From: Limnothrix sp. BL-A-16
GTDB lineage: Bacteria; Cyanobacteriota; Cyanobacteriia; CACIAM-69d
DNA length: 64,000 nt
NCBI GenBank assembly: GCA_041937175.2
Contig: CP166615.1
Location: 1,824,001 to 1,888,000 of the forward strand
Direction: 5' to 3'
The notes beneath the pieces were generated by a model. The model worked only from the letters and a program-made list of their open reading frames with translations, searched no databases and was not told the origin of the DNA. This document shows, piece by piece, positions 12,860 through 25,413 of the stretch. Numbering within the stretch: the first letter of the stretch is position 1; every line of letters starts with the position of its first letter. Made by a program: the position numbers and the translations under genes.

Positions 12860-15832
12860 ATGACTATTGACTCTCCTGCCCGCACTGCCACCCCCAACGC
12901 GGCGGCAGCCAAGCCCGTGGCCTGGCATTCCCTGGATCCACAAGCCGCGATCGAGCAATTGCAGGCCCGGCCCGAAACCGGCCTCAGTTCCGCCGAAGTG
13001 CGCGATCGACTGGCCCAATACGGGCCCAACGAACTTGATGATGGCGGTGGCCGCAGCGTTTGGGAAATTCTGTTGGGTCAGTTTGGCGACATCATGTTGC
13101 TGATGCTGATCGGGGTTGCCTTCGTGTCCGCCGGCCTGGATCTGTTTGAAGGTTGGCAAAGCACCCAACAGGCCAACCTCAGCTTGGCGGAAGGCTTCCA
13201 ACAGGGCAAATTTCCCTTTCCCAAGGATGCCTTGGCCATCTTTGTGATCGTGATTTTGAACGGCACGTTGGGCTATTTGCAGGAGAGTCGGGCCGAAAAA
13301 GCCCTATCCGCCCTCAAAAAATTGTCATCCCCCCGAGTCCGGGTGCAGCGGGATCAGCAAATCTTGGAAGTGGATGCCAAGGAACTGGTTCCCGGTGATG
13401 TGATGTTGATTGAAGCCGGAAACCAGGTGGCCGCCGATGGCCGCATCCTGGAATTGGCCAATCTGCAAATCCAAGAAGCTGCCTTGACCGGGGAAGCCCA
13501 TGCGGTGGATAAGCAGGTGAATTTGACCCTGGATCCGGAAACGTCCTTGGGCGATCGCATCAACCTGGTGTTTCAAGGCACGGAAGTGATTCAGGGCCGC
13601 GGCAAGGTGCTGGTTACGGAAACCGGGATGCGGACGGAGCTGGGCAAAATTGCCACCATGATCCAGTCCGTGGAAGCGGAAGAAACCCCCCTGCAACAAC
13701 GGATGGAGCAGTTGGGCAAGGCCCTGGTCACCGGCTCCATGGTGTTGGTGGTGCTGGTGGTGGTGGGCGGAACCTTTGCCCTGGGCTGGGAAAACTTCCG
13801 CAAGCTGCTGGAAGTGTCCCTCAGTATGGCGGTGGCCGTGGTTCCGGAAGGGTTGCCCGCCGTGATCACCGTGACGTTGGCCCTGGGAACGCAGCGAATG
13901 GTGCGCCGCCATGCCCTGATTCGCAAGCTGCCGGCCGTGGAAACCCTTGGCTCAGTCACCACCATTTGTTCAGACAAAACCGGGACATTGACCCAAAACA
14001 AGATGATTGTGCAGGCATTGGAACTGTGCGATCGCTCCGTACGGGTCACCGGCCAAGGGTACGAACCCTTCGGCTCCCTGCAACCGGTGGATGCGGCAGG
14101 ACAGTTGGGCGAGCCGCTCGCTGCTGAAACCTTGGCCCAGGAAGCACCGGACGTACATTTGCTGCTGGCGGCCTGCGTACTCTGTAACGATGCCATTTTG
14201 CAGTGCGATAAGACCGTGACCGATCGGGGCAAATCGCCTTGGATGATCATTGGTGACCCCACCGAAGGGGGACTGTTGGCCCTGGCTGGCAAAGGCAACC
14301 TGAGCCAGGAAGAGTGGACGAAGCGCTATCCCCGCGCCGCTGAAATTCCGTTTTCGTCCGATCGCAAACGGATGAGCGTGTTTGTGCGCACGGATCAGGC
14401 CGGGCCGCTGTCGTTGGCGGCCATCACCGGCCCCGCCAAGGTTTTGATGGCCGGCAAAGGATCGCCAGAACTATTGTTGGAGCGGTGCGATCGCGTCCAA
14501 AGCGGTGCCCAGTCCCGCCCCCTGACCCCGGCCGATCGCGCGGATATTTTGGAGCGCAATAACCAATTGGCCAGCAAAGGGCTACGGGTCTTGGGCTTGG
14601 CCTACAAACCCTTGGATCAACTGCCCCCCGAAGCCAACAATCATTCGCCGGAACAAAACGGCTCCACCACCGACCCCGAACAGAACCTAATTTGGCTCGG
14701 ACTGGTGGGGATGATGGATGCGCCGCGCCCGGAAGTGGCTGAGGCCGTGGCTCGCTGCCGCATGGCTGGCATCCGCCCGATGATGATTACCGGTGACCAC
14801 CAACTGACCGCTAAGGCGATCGCCCAGGAGTTGGGCATTGCCGCCGAGGGCGATCGAGCCTTGACCGGCACCGAACTGGAAAAAATGACCCAAGGCGAAC
14901 TAGAAGAAGCCGTGGGCCGCGTTTCCGTCTATGCCCGTGTTTCCCCAGAGCACAAGCTGCGGATTGTGAAAGCCCTGCAACACCAAGGCAAAATCGCCGC
15001 CATGACCGGCGACGGCGTAAACGACGCGCCCGCCCTCAAACAGGCCAACATCGGCATCGCCATGGGCATCACCGGCACCGATGCCAGCAAAGAAGCCAGT
15101 GATATGGTGCTGCTGGATGACAACTTCGCCACGATCGTTGCTGCCACCGAAGAAGGCCGCGTTGTTTATGACAACATTCGCCGCTTCGTGAAATATATCC
15201 TCGGCTCCAACATCGGTGAGGTGCTGACGATCGCCAGCGCTCCCCTGATCATTCCCATTTCCCAAGTGGGCGGTGATTTGGTGCCCCTCACGCCTCTGCA
15301 AATTTTGTGGATGAACTTGGTAACCGATGGGTTGCCGGCCTTGGCTCTGGCCATGGAACCCGCTTCCCCGGACGTGATGCAGCGGCCGCCCCATGCCCCC
15401 CACGAAGGTATCTTCGCGCGTGGATTGGGAGCTTACATGGTGCGGATCGGGATTGTGTTTGCGGTGGTCACCATCGTTCTCATGGTTTGGTCCTATAACT
15501 ATGCCCAAGGCACTGACCACCCCGATAGCTGGAAAACCATGGTCTTCACGAGCCTTTGCATTGCCCAGATGGGCCACGCTTTGGCCGTGCGATCGGACAC
15601 GAAGCTGATTGTGGAAATGAATATGTTCTCCAATCCCTATGTGCTCTGGTCGGTGACGCTCACCACGCTGTTGCAACTGGCGTTGGTTTACCTGCCGCCG
15701 CTGCAATCCTTCTTTGGCACTTCGGCTTTGGACTTCACGGAACTGCTGGTTTGTCTTGGCTTCAGTGCCCTAATTGTGGTTTGGATTGAGGGTGAAAAGC
15801 TGTTCCTCCGTTGGTTCTGGAACAAGCGCTAG
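12860..15832 (+). CDS. Cation-translocating P-type ATPase (type IIA, Ca2+/PacL-like)
   Basis: [40 protein letters not shown] motifs. Confidence 0.95.
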   Translation: MTIDSPARTATPNAAAAKPVAWHSLDPQAAIEQLQARPETGLSSAEVRDRLAQYGPNELDDGGGRSVWEILLGQFGDIMLLMLIGVAFVSAGLDLFEGWQSTQQANLSLAEGFQQGKFPFPKDALAIFVIVILNGTLGYLQESRAEKALSALKKLSSPRVRVQRDQQILEVDAKELVPGDVMLIEAGNQVAADGRILELANLQIQEAALTGEAHAVDKQVNLTLDPETSLGDRINLVFQGTEVIQGRGKVLVTETGMRTELGKIATMIQSVEAEETPLQQRMEQLGKALVTGSMVLVVLVVVGGTFALGWENFRKLLEVSLSMAVAVVPEGLPAVITVTLALGTQRMVRRHALIRKLPAVETLGSVTTICSDKTGTLTQNKMIVQALELCDRSVRVTGQGYEPFGSLQPVDAAGQLGEPLAAETLAQEAPDVHLLLAACVLCNDAILQCDKTVTDRGKSPWMIIGDPTEGGLLALAGKGNLSQEEWTKRYPRAAEIPFSSDRKRMSVFVRTDQAGPLSLAAITGPAKVLMAGKGSPELLLERCDRVQSGAQSRPLTPADRADILERNNQLASKGLRVLGLAYKPLDQLPPEANNHSPEQNGSTTDPEQNLIWLGLVGMMDAPRPEVAEAVARCRMAGIRPMMITGDHQLTAKAIAQELGIAAEGDRALTGTELEKMTQGELEEAVGRVSVYARVSPEHKLRIVKALQHQGKIAAMTGDGVNDAPALKQANIGIAMGITGTDASKEASDMVLLDDNFATIVAATEEGRVVYDNIRRFVKYILGSNIGEVLTIASAPLIIPISQVGGDLVPLTPLQILWMNLVTDGLPALALAMEPASPDVMQRPPHAPHEGIFARGLGAYMVRIGIVFAVVTIVLMVWSYNYAQGTDHPDSWKTMVFTSLCIAQMGHALAVRSDTKLIVEMNMFSNPYVLWSVTLTTLLQLALVYLPPLQSFFGTSALDFTELLVCLGFSALIVVWIEGEKLFLRWFWNKR

Positions 15833-15892
15833 GCGATCGTCCTTCGGCCAAAATCACGGGAATCATTGGCATAAATTGCCATGACTGATAAC

Positions 15893-15916
15893 GGGGGGGC
15901 GATCGCTCCCCTTTTT
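15893..15916 (+). terminator. Putative intrinsic terminator after the P-type ATPase
   Basis: GGGGGGGC-GATC-GCTCCCC hairpin followed by TTTTT. Confidence 0.5.
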
Positions 15917-16278
15917 GATGGCTTGTTTTTGATGGTTGGTGGCGATCGAGTCCAAAGCACGATCGCCACTAGCAGCATCGTCTCCCTGGGGACAGTGGCC
16001 GGTAATCAAAAAATTGCTAAATGTAACGCGATCGAGCCAGTCTTCAGGTCTGCTGAACGGAAAGTTTAGATTTCTTTATCAATTCGTGAACAATCACTGA
16101 CATTCTTCATCGCGATCTCGTCAGCAATCTTGAACACTCAAATGGCTCCATAGCAGGATTTTTGGCAAAAATTGCCCAAAATTCTCATTTTTAATTCTTT
16201 ACTTACAGCAAAAAAGATTTATGAATAACGCTTTACGAAGTCAGTAGAATAGCAACATCCATAAGGCAGTAAGTATTC

Positions 16279-17973
16279 TTGCTCACCACCATCATGGCGG
16301 ATCATTTTCCCTGGCTGACCGTGATCATTCTGTTTCCGCTGATCGCGGCCTTCCTGATTCCCCTCCTCCCCGATCGCAACGGCAAAACCGTCCGCTGGTT
16401 CGCACTCAGCGTCGGCGTACTGGACTTTCTATTGATGGTCTATACGTTCTGGACGCACTACGACTCCAGCAACTCCAGCTTCCAACTGGTTGAAAAATAT
16501 CCCTGGCTGCCGCAAATCGGCTTTAGCTGGGCCGTCTCCGTTGACGGCATCTCCATGCCCCTCGTCCTGTTAGCCGGATTCGTCACCACGTTGGCCATGT
16601 GGGCTTCCTGGCAGGTCGATCGCAAGCCTCGGTTGTTCTATTTCCTGATGTTGGTGCTCTATGCAGCCCAAATCGGGGTATTCGTGGCCCAAGACCTGCT
16701 GCTGCTCTTCATTCAGTGGGAATTGGAACTGGTTCCGGTATATCTACTGGTTTCCATTTGGGGCGGTCAAAAACGCCGCTACGCCGCCACCAAGTTTCTG
16801 ATTTACACCGCTGCTGCTTCGATCTTTATTTTGGTTGCTGGCTTGGCCCTGGCCCTGTCCGGCGACGGCCCGGTCACCTTTGACCTGGCAGACCTGGCCC
16901 TCAAGAACTATTCCTTGGGCTTGGAACTGTTGCTCTATGCGGGTTTGTTGATTGCATTTGGGGTCAAGTTGGCTATTTTCCCCATGCACACTTGGTTGCC
17001 GGATGCCCACGGGGAAGCTTCTGCGCCCGTGTCCATGATTCTGGCGGGTGTGCTGTTGAAAATGGGCGGCTATGGACTGATTCGTCTGAACCTAGAATTG
17101 CTGTCCGATGCTCACATCTACTTCGCACCGGTACTGGCCATTCTCGGGGTGGTGAACATCATCTACGGTGCTTTTGCCTCCTTTGCCCAGAACAATATGA
17201 AGCGCCGCTTGGCCTATTCGTCCGTGTCGCACATGGGCTTTGTGCTGCTGGGTATCGCTTCGTTCACGGACTTGGGGGTTAGCGGCGCAATGCTGCAAAT
17301 GCTGTCCCATGGTCTGATTGCAGCCCTGCTGTTCTTCTTAGCAGGTGTGACCTACGACCGCACCCACACCCTGGCGATGGATCAAATGCGCGGCATGGGT
17401 CAATTGATGCCGAAGGTGTTTGCGCTGTTCACGGCGGGGGCCCTGGCTTCCTTGGCACTGCCGGGAATGAGCGGTTTTGCCAGTGAGCTGGCGGTGTTTG
17501 TTGGGTTCACCAGCAGCGATATCTATAGCTCCACGTTCTGCACGGTGACGGTGTTCTTGGCTGCGGTGGGTGTGATTCTCACGCCGATTTATCTGCTGTC
17601 GATGCTGCGTCAGGTGTTTTACGGTTCGAGCGCGGATCTGGCTTGCGAGGTGGGCAATGCGGGCCTGCAAAACCAGGATGTGGAAGGCGCAGTTTGTTTC
17701 GGTACCGATTGCGTGTTGCCTGATCAGGCCGTGTTCCGGGATGCCCGGAAGCGTGAGGTGGCCATTTCGATGGCGTTCCTGATTCCGATCGTGGCGATCG
17801 GGGTGTATCCGCAACTGGCCACGAAGGTCTATGACGTGAAGACGGTGGCCGTGAACTCGCAGGTTCGGGAGTCTTACACGATCGCGAAGGCCAATCCTGA
17901 GTTCTTTGCCCAGGGTCTGTTCCAACGGTCGATCGCCCAAAAGGTGGCTCAGGCTCCGACGCTGGCGGAATAG
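16279..17973 (+). CDS. ndhD: NAD(P)H-quinone oxidoreductase subunit 4 (NdhD, probably NdhD2-type)
   Basis: [45 protein letters not shown]; true start may be ATG 16294. Confidence 0.95.
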   Translation: MLTTIMADHFPWLTVIILFPLIAAFLIPLLPDRNGKTVRWFALSVGVLDFLLMVYTFWTHYDSSNSSFQLVEKYPWLPQIGFSWAVSVDGISMPLVLLAGFVTTLAMWASWQVDRKPRLFYFLMLVLYAAQIGVFVAQDLLLLFIQWELELVPVYLLVSIWGGQKRRYAATKFLIYTAAASIFILVAGLALALSGDGPVTFDLADLALKNYSLGLELLLYAGLLIAFGVKLAIFPMHTWLPDAHGEASAPVSMILAGVLLKMGGYGLIRLNLELLSDAHIYFAPVLAILGVVNIIYGAFASFAQNNMKRRLAYSSVSHMGFVLLGIASFTDLGVSGAMLQMLSHGLIAALLFFLAGVTYDRTHTLAMDQMRGMGQLMPKVFALFTAGALASLALPGMSGFASELAVFVGFTSSDIYSSTFCTVTVFLAAVGVILTPIYLLSMLRQVFYGSSADLACEVGNAGLQNQDVEGAVCFGTDCVLPDQAVFRDARKREVAISMAFLIPIVAIGVYPQLATKVYDVKTVAVNSQVRESYTIAKANPEFFAQGLFQRSIAQKVAQAPTLAE

Positions 17974-18182
17974 GGCAGTGGAACCGGGTTGGAAAATGCC
18001 CGGTTTCGCCGCTCGGTTAACTCATCGGTTAACTTAATAAACTCCGATCGGGGGCGATCGCTATCTTAAGGAGATGGTCGATTGCCCCCGATTCAGTTAC
18101 CAGATCCGCAAAAATACAGCCCCCAAAAAATATAGGCCCGAAAGCATAAACCCCAAAATTACAGATCGAAAAAATACAGATC

Positions 18183-18207
18183 AAAAAAGGGAGCCGATCG
18201 ACTCCCT
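18183..18207 (-). terminator. Putative intrinsic terminator downstream of ilvC
   Basis: AAAAAAGGGAG-CCGATCGA-CTCCCT: hairpin with U-tract on the minus strand. Confidence 0.45.
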
Positions 18208-18252
18208 GACAAGCTATCTTTTCAAGCCGCATCCAGTTTGCTAAAGACCCCC

Positions 18253-18398
18253 TAGGGCCTGTCGTCATTCCCTAGGATCGGGCGGAAACGATTGGTTTTC
18301 TATGTCCCAGTCGTCGTAACAAGGGGCATAAGCCCCTTGTCCTCCACGATTTGCCAACGGTGGAATCAGGGTTTCAGGTGATTTGACGACACACCCTA
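18253..18398. mobile_element. MITE family B copy 2 (146 bp)
   Basis: TAGGGCCTGTCGTCA / TGACGACACACCCTA ends, CTAG at both ends; core CAAGGGGCATAAGCCCCTTG at 18320-18339. Confidence 0.75.
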
Positions 18399-18448
18399 GG
18401 AAATTCCTGAGAAATTCCTAGAAGTTGCCGAAAAATTTCCTGGAAACC

Positions 18449-19597
<1,149 letters not shown>

Positions 19598-19657
19598 GAA
19601 CGCGATCGGGGATTAGTCGTCAAGCGATTTATAGGGAACGTTGAAAGAGGTTTGGGT

Positions 19658-21730
19658 ATGGCGTTGCTAGTGCTGACCGATGGGGATGAGCGGCTGAATT
19701 TGACGGAAGCCCAGGCGGTTTTGGGTCAGGGAGGCAATGACTCCCTCACGGGAACCAGTGGCGATGACATCCTCTACGGTGGCCTGGGCAACGACACCCT
19801 GATCGGCGGTGCTGGAGCCGACATTCTGGGCGGCAACGAGGGGGACAATCGCCTGCGAGGGGGGGCGGGCAGCGATATTTTTGTGATTGAGGCCGGAACC
19901 AGCACCACCGGTACAACAACGGCCCTGCAACGAATTGAGGATTTTGATCCAACGAGCGATCGCATTGGGCTGGCTCCGGGGCTGCGGTTCGAGGATTTGG
20001 AGATTGTGCGGGTCAGCGATCGCGCCAATGACACCATCGCCACCAGCACCACCGACAGCCCCGGCGAAGTGCTGATTTTTCTGAAGGGCACAACCAACCT
20101 GCTGGCCCGGGTGGCCAATGTGCGGGTAGCCGACTTGGGGCGCGATCGATTTGTGGAAGCGGAGGTGTTGCAATTTAGCGACAGCACCTTCCAGGTTCGG
20201 GAAGATGGCACACCGCTCACCAGTATTCGCATTGAGCGCAGTTTTCCCTTCCTAAAATCGCCAATCACCACCAAAACAGTCACGGTGGCCGTGAGCAATG
20301 GCACGGCGATCTTGGGCCAAGATTTGCGCTTGGATGGGCCGATCGTGGCGGAGTTTGGGGCCGATGAGCGATCGGTCTCGGTGGTGTTGCCGCTGGTGGA
20401 TGACTTGCTGGTGGAGGGAACGGAAACCCTACGCCTCACCTTGACGGATCCAACCGGGGGCAGCAAGCTGGGCGATCGCACCCAGGCGACCCTCTTGATT
20501 GAGGACAATGACCAGCCTGTAGCGGCTTCACCGGGGCGCTTAGATTTCAGCGGCTCCGTCTACAGCGTTGAAGAAAGTGATGGTTCCGCCCTGATTGCCA
20601 TCACTCGCACGGGGGGCACCAACGGCGAAATTACCGCCACGATCGATATCGTCAATGACAGCGCGATCGTTTTCCGCGACCTGGGCGCACCGGAACCCAC
20701 CGTGGTGCGGTTTGCCGACGGCGACAGCACCACCCAATTTGTCCGGGTTCCTCTGATTGACAACTTTGTGGAGGATGGAACCCGCAGCGCCATTTTGCGG
20801 CTGGTGAACCTGACCAACGGAGCTAGCACCGGAGAACGCCCCGCCGCCCGCTTAGAAATTATCGATAATGACGGCCCGGCCGGAACTTTATCCTTCAGCC
20901 AGCCGGTTTTTAGCGTGGTGGAAGGCCAGGCGATCGCCTCGATCACGGTCACCCGCAGCAACGGCAGCAGCGGCCCCGTCACCGCCCTCATTTCCACCAC
21001 CAGCGGCACGGCCGTTCCCGGTGCTGATTTTGGCATTCCCGCCAGCACCCTGGTGAGCTTTGCCGATGGGGACACCACACCCCAGACGATTCAATTCTCG
21101 ATCGGGGATGATGCCCTGTTGGAATCCACCGAAGTGGTGAATCTGGCCTTGGTGAACCCGACGGGCGGGGCCTTGCTGGGGCGGCAAAATACGGCAGTGC
21201 TGGAGATTGCCGATAACGATCGATTCACAGCCCAGGTCAACTTTGGGCAAGTGCGCGATCTCCAGCCGATCGGCACTGATCCGATTACGGGCGTTCAATT
21301 TTCCAGCAATGCCCTAGGAATTTTGGATTACAACGCGGGTGGCAGTGGCAACTTCACCGATCCGTTGCTGAATGCCGGAGCCGCCGCCCAAGTGATGACC
21401 TACGGAGAAGGGCGATCGATTGTGATGACCGTGGCCAACGGGTTTCGCGATCGCCTTAGTTTCCGTTATGCGGCCCCCTTTGCCCTTGATCCTCGCCGCG
21501 ATCCCGATGGGGATGGCCTCCACGAAGTGACGCTCTACGACGGGCCCAACGGCACTGGAAATATTTTGGCCATTATCGATTTGCCCCGAACTGCCGACAG
21601 CAACTTACCCGTGGGAGCCTACGCCCTGACCCGCGATCCCTTCGTGGTTAACTTCAGCGGCATTGCCCGATCGGTCACCTTCGGCAGCCAAGCAGACAAG
21701 CTGATTTTGGACGACATCGCGATCGGCTAG
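19658..21730 (+). CDS. Surface/secreted Ca2+-binding protein with RTX-like nonapeptides and three Calx-beta domains
   Basis: GGxGxDxL repeats at the N-terminus; three F(S)..F.V.E....DD..VE.TE..L.L.....I.DND units; start ATG 19658 after GAAAGAGG. Confidence 0.88.
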   Translation: MALLVLTDGDERLNLTEAQAVLGQGGNDSLTGTSGDDILYGGLGNDTLIGGAGADILGGNEGDNRLRGGAGSDIFVIEAGTSTTGTTTALQRIEDFDPTSDRIGLAPGLRFEDLEIVRVSDRANDTIATSTTDSPGEVLIFLKGTTNLLARVANVRVADLGRDRFVEAEVLQFSDSTFQVREDGTPLTSIRIERSFPFLKSPITTKTVTVAVSNGTAILGQDLRLDGPIVAEFGADERSVSVVLPLVDDLLVEGTETLRLTLTDPTGGSKLGDRTQATLLIEDNDQPVAASPGRLDFSGSVYSVEESDGSALIAITRTGGTNGEITATIDIVNDSAIVFRDLGAPEPTVVRFADGDSTTQFVRVPLIDNFVEDGTRSAILRLVNLTNGASTGERPAARLEIIDNDGPAGTLSFSQPVFSVVEGQAIASITVTRSNGSSGPVTALISTTSGTAVPGADFGIPASTLVSFADGDTTPQTIQFSIGDDALLESTEVVNLALVNPTGGALLGRQNTAVLEIADNDRFTAQVNFGQVRDLQPIGTDPITGVQFSSNALGILDYNAGGSGNFTDPLLNAGAAAQVMTYGEGRSIVMTVANGFRDRLSFRYAAPFALDPRRDPDGDGLHEVTLYDGPNGTGNILAIIDLPRTADSNLPVGAYALTRDPFVVNFSGIARSVTFGSQADKLILDDIAIG

Positions 21731-22037
21731 GCTCATCTCGTCCCCACTGGCCCTTGATCCCACCAGATCCCCAAAATCGCGAAATTGTCTCAAAAATTCC
21801 TCTAATTTCCTCAAATGTCACCTTGTCGTTAAAAATTACTCAAAATTGCGCTAAATCATCCAAAATCACCCAAAAACCAGGGCTGAAGCGGTTCATCAAT
21901 CGCCAATTATCTGCAATTCGTAGCCTGCGGAACAGCAAAAATTTTGATTTGCTTCAACATTGACGGGTCGCATATCTAGTGTTTGACTGAGAAAGGTTTT
22001 CTGTTTCACGCTAGATATTGTGGGTGTCCCATCAGCT

Positions 22038-22568
22038 ATGGTCTCGCAACTTGAGGTTTCCACCCTATCGCGATCGTCCAACTCCCTTGCCCATGGTCTG
22101 GTGCAGGTATTTACCGCACCCCGGCGAACGTTTCTGACAGATGTAATGGCCCAGGCCCTGCGCGTGGCCGGCCAGGGACAGTCGGTGTTAGTGGCCCAAT
22201 TCCTCAAGGGTGGCATTCGTCAGGGCAGCGACCATCCGATCTCCTTGGTGCAACGGCTGGATTGGCTGCGTTGTGACCTCTCGCGCAATTTGGATGAAGC
22301 CCAGCCCACACCGGAAGAAATTGCCGCCATTCAGGATCTTTGGCAACAGGTGGTCGATCGGGTGCAGTCGGGACAATACGAGCTAATTGTGCTGGATGAA
22401 TTAAGCTTGGCAATTCGGCTGGGGGCGATCGACTGCAAGGAAGTGCTGGATCTGCTCGATCGCTGCCCTCAACACCTGGACGTGATTTTGACCGGGCCCG
22501 ACGTACCCCAATCGCTGTTGGATGCGGCTGACCAAATCACCGAAGTGCGTCGCAGTCGTCGTTCTTGA
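22038..22568 (+). CDS. CobA/BtuR-like (cob(I)yrinic acid adenosyltransferase-like) P-loop protein
   Basis: GLVQVFT, AQFLKGG, LIVLDEL, VILTG, ADQITE; Walker A degenerate. Confidence 0.82.
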   Translation: MVSQLEVSTLSRSSNSLAHGLVQVFTAPRRTFLTDVMAQALRVAGQGQSVLVAQFLKGGIRQGSDHPISLVQRLDWLRCDLSRNLDEAQPTPEEIAAIQDLWQQVVDRVQSGQYELIVLDELSLAIRLGAIDCKEVLDLLDRCPQHLDVILTGPDVPQSLLDAADQITEVRRSRRS

Positions 22569-22719
22569 TCGTTAACGCTGGCTTGTTTGGGCTGGTCTGC
22601 TCGATCGGGATTGCGCCCTAGATTGCGCCGCCCCCGAAAGGCATCCCAGCCAGGGGTGGCAAGCTCAAGGCTGCTTTATGCTAAGGTGGCTTGCTGCCAT
22701 ACCTCACTCGCTGACGATC

Positions 22720-23301
22720 ATGCTCAAGAACGATGCCTGGATTACCGAGATGGCCCGCCAAGGGATGATTTCCCCCTTCGAGCCAAAGCTTGTGCGGCGC
22801 ATCGATCAGCAGCCCGTCATCTCCTATGGATGCAGCAGTTTTGGCTATGACATCCGCCTGTCGCCCAAGGAATTCAAAATTTTTCGCCACATTCCTGGCA
22901 CAGTCGTTGATCCCAAAAACTTCAACCCCGCCAACCTGGATCCCGCCGCGCTACACCGCGATGAAAATGGTGAATTTTTCATCCTGCCGGCCCACTCCTA
23001 CGGCCTCGGGGTTGCCCTAGAGCATTTGCAAATTCCCGACACCATCACCGTTCTTTGCATTGGCAAAAGCACCTACGCCCGTGTTGGGCTGATTGCCAAC
23101 TTGACCCCAGCGGAGGCGGGCTGGCGCGGCCATTTGACCCTGGAAATTTCCAACGCATCGAGCGCCGATTGCCGGATCTATGCCAATGAAGGCATTGTGC
23201 AATTGCTCTTTATGGAAGGGGATCCCTGCGAAGTCAGCTATGAAACGCGCCAGGGCAAATATCAAGACCAACCCGAGTCGATCATAATTGCCCGAGTCTA
23301 A
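22720..23301 (+). CDS. dcd: dCTP deaminase
   Basis: SYGCSSFGYDIRL, GKSTYAR, EAGWRGHLTLE, YANEGIVQ, GKYQDQ; start ATG 22720. Confidence 0.95.
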   Translation: MLKNDAWITEMARQGMISPFEPKLVRRIDQQPVISYGCSSFGYDIRLSPKEFKIFRHIPGTVVDPKNFNPANLDPAALHRDENGEFFILPAHSYGLGVALEHLQIPDTITVLCIGKSTYARVGLIANLTPAEAGWRGHLTLEISNASSADCRIYANEGIVQLLFMEGDPCEVSYETRQGKYQDQPESIIIARV

Positions 23302-23369
23302 TTCGCGCCCAGTCTGCCGGTTCTCCATCTTCCTTTTCTGCCCCTCATTGTCGCTTTCCCTCGAACGCC

Positions 23370-24743
23370 ATGGATCTGTTTCGCGTTGAAGTGCTCTCCG
23401 CCATGCCCAATCCTCAGCAGTTGGTTTGGGCAGCCATGCATCAGGATTATTCGGAAAACTTTGTGGTTGATGAGCGCGATCAATTCCCCGACGAGGCCCG
23501 AGCGGGTGAATTAATTATCAAGCACCTTTTGCAGGGAAATCGAGGACATTTTGGGCCGATCGAGCATCCGCAAATTGTGTTTAATGTGGGCTTTTTTCCC
23601 CATTCAACCATGCAGCAACTGCGAACTCATCGAGTAGGAATTTCCTTCGATGTTCAGTGTCTAGCAGGCAGCACAGAAATCACCTTTGTCAACTGTGAAG
23701 GTGAAACTAGTCAAAAACACAAAAGAACGATCGCTGAGCTTCATGACCTCTGGACAAATGGCGAACAATCTATCCGAGAGCGACAAATTCGAGGTCGCCA
23801 TGGTGAACCACCAGGAACCTATCGACGAAGTTGTCGAAAACGCCTGCAAAAAATGCGATTGCGGGTGCTCAATGAAGAAACAGGCTTTTTTGAAACAGGT
23901 CATATTCAAGACGTGATGTGCAGTGGTCTGCAACCCGTTTATCGAGTGACACTCGAAAATGGAAAGACATTGGACTGCACCACGAACCATCGATTGTTCA
24001 CAGATCAGGGCTGGAAAACAATGGCAGAAGCTGTTGGGCTAGTCATGGATGAACAAGGTGAGGTTCTACGGATTGAGCGCGATCGCTTCATCATGTGCAA
24101 TGGTGTTTCTGTCTCTGCGGAAATACCCACTTACCAAAACCAAGCCTGGTTAACGCCTGGAATAACTCCCCAGCCACCCAGTCGAAAACTGCAAGCTCAT
24201 CCTGTGCGGGTGATTGCGGTGGAATATCTGGGAGTCCAGATGACCTATGACTTGGAGGTGAGTGGAGATTGGCACAATTTTGTGGCCAACGGATTGGTAG
24301 TTCACAATTCCTTCCGATATTCAGGAATGCGAATTTTGGATGTTTTGAGTGGTGCTCGATCACTTGAGGAAATCGTCTACCTGCGGCCGGTTGGTTACTA
24401 CGCTGATCGTCAGGGGAAAAAGTATTTTTATTCGCCTGAACAACGGCAAGCGGATTTGGATTGGTGCTTAGACGCTTGCAAGCGCTATAAGCAACGTATT
24501 GAAGAAGGCCTGTCTGAAGAGCACGCACGCGGGTTGATTCCCTTCGATGTGCGCCAGCATTTTGTGATGAGTTGCAATGCCCGATCGCTCATGCACATTC
24601 TCGACTTGCGGGCCAAAGCTGACGCACAGTTGGAAATTCAAAAGCTGTGCGATTTGTTGATGGTGCATTTCAAAAATTGGATGCCGGCCTTGGCCGATTG
24701 GTATGAAACCAACCGGTTGGGTAAGGCGCGGTTGTCGCCCTAG
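23370..24743 (+). CDS. thyX: FAD-dependent thymidylate synthase ThyX precursor containing an intein
   Basis: GHFGPIEH; QLRTHRVGISFDVQ|S motif split by the intein; EHARGLIP, NARSLMH, LRAKADAQLEI. Confidence 0.95.
   Translation: MDLFRVEVLSAMPNPQQLVWAAMHQDYSENFVVDERDQFPDEARAGELIIKHLLQGNRGHFGPIEHPQIVFNVGFFPHSTMQQLRTHRVGISFDVQCLAGSTEITFVNCEGETSQKHKRTIAELHDLWTNGEQSIRERQIRGRHGEPPGTYRRSCRKRLQKMRLRVLNEETGFFETGHIQDVMCSGLQPVYRVTLENGKTLDCTTNHRLFTDQGWKTMAEAVGLVMDEQGEVLRIERDRFIMCNGVSVSAEIPTYQNQAWLTPGITPQPPSRKLQAHPVRVIAVEYLGVQMTYDLEVSGDWHNFVANGLVVHNSFRYSGMRILDVLSGARSLEEIVYLRPVGYYADRQGKKYFYSPEQRQADLDWCLDACKRYKQRIEEGLSEEHARGLIPFDVRQHFVMSCNARSLMHILDLRAKADAQLEIQKLCDLLMVHFKNWMPALADWYETNRLGKARLSP
23658..24308 (+). 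mobile_element. Mini-intein (217 aa) in ThyX
   Basis: Block A CLAGSTEI; block B CTTNHRLF; blocks F/G TYDLEV..HNFVANGLVVHN followed by Ser; no LAGLIDADG/HNH motif visible. Confidence 0.93.
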
Positions 24744-25132
24744 CGTCGAATAATCACGGTCGTGCGATCGAACCCCGGGGGCAGCCCTGGCGGCACTGGA
24801 GAACTGGGATTATTCGGCGTGGCGCTGGGGGTGTTGCTGCGGGGGCGATTGGCTCCCTCGCTGACGGTGCTGGGCGTGCCGCTGCCGGTTGCACCGCGCC
24901 CACCCAGGGGATCCGCCATCCCATCCAGGGCATCAATCACAAAGGTTTCGGAAAAACCGGTGCGGGCCGGCCGCCGGGACTCTTCAAAAAAAGAGGGCTT
25001 GGGACTGCTGCCCGAAGAGCCACTGGGGGCCGCCGGTTGAGCGATCGCCCCCATCATTCCCAGACTCATGCCCAACAAGGCCCCGATCGCCCCGCTGCCC
25101 AAACGCCATCCCCAAACCATAGCCCGCCTCAT
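24740..25132 (-). CDS. Hypothetical secreted low-complexity (Ser/Pro/Gly-rich) protein
   Basis: Signal-peptide-like N-terminus ending AIA-Q; GAGGGG RBS upstream of ATG 25132; stop shares CTAG with the thyX stop. Confidence 0.5.
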   Translation of the reverse strand: MRRAMVWGWRLGSGAIGALLGMSLGMMGAIAQPAAPSGSSGSSPKPSFFEESRRPARTGFSETFVIDALDGMADPLGGRGATGSGTPSTVSEGANRPRSNTPSATPNNPSSPVPPGLPPGFDRTTVIIRR

Positions 25133-25413
25133 CGCGATCCCCTCATCACTAATCAAGCTCAACAACCCAGGCAAAGTTTCTCGGATTGTAGCCAAGTTAT
25201 TGCCTAAGCCTGAACCCAGATCACCAGCCAACCCGATCATCATCCAGATTGAATCCGGTGAACTGCCGCGCTAGGATGCCTAAGCGGTGTCCAAAAACGC
25301 CAGCAATTTCCCTGTTGGAATTGCTAGACGAGCAAGAGCCATCGATCGTTTCCGTCGTCGCCGCCCAAACAACGTAGAAAACCGCTCCACCCGATCGGCC
25401 CCCTTTGCAACCC

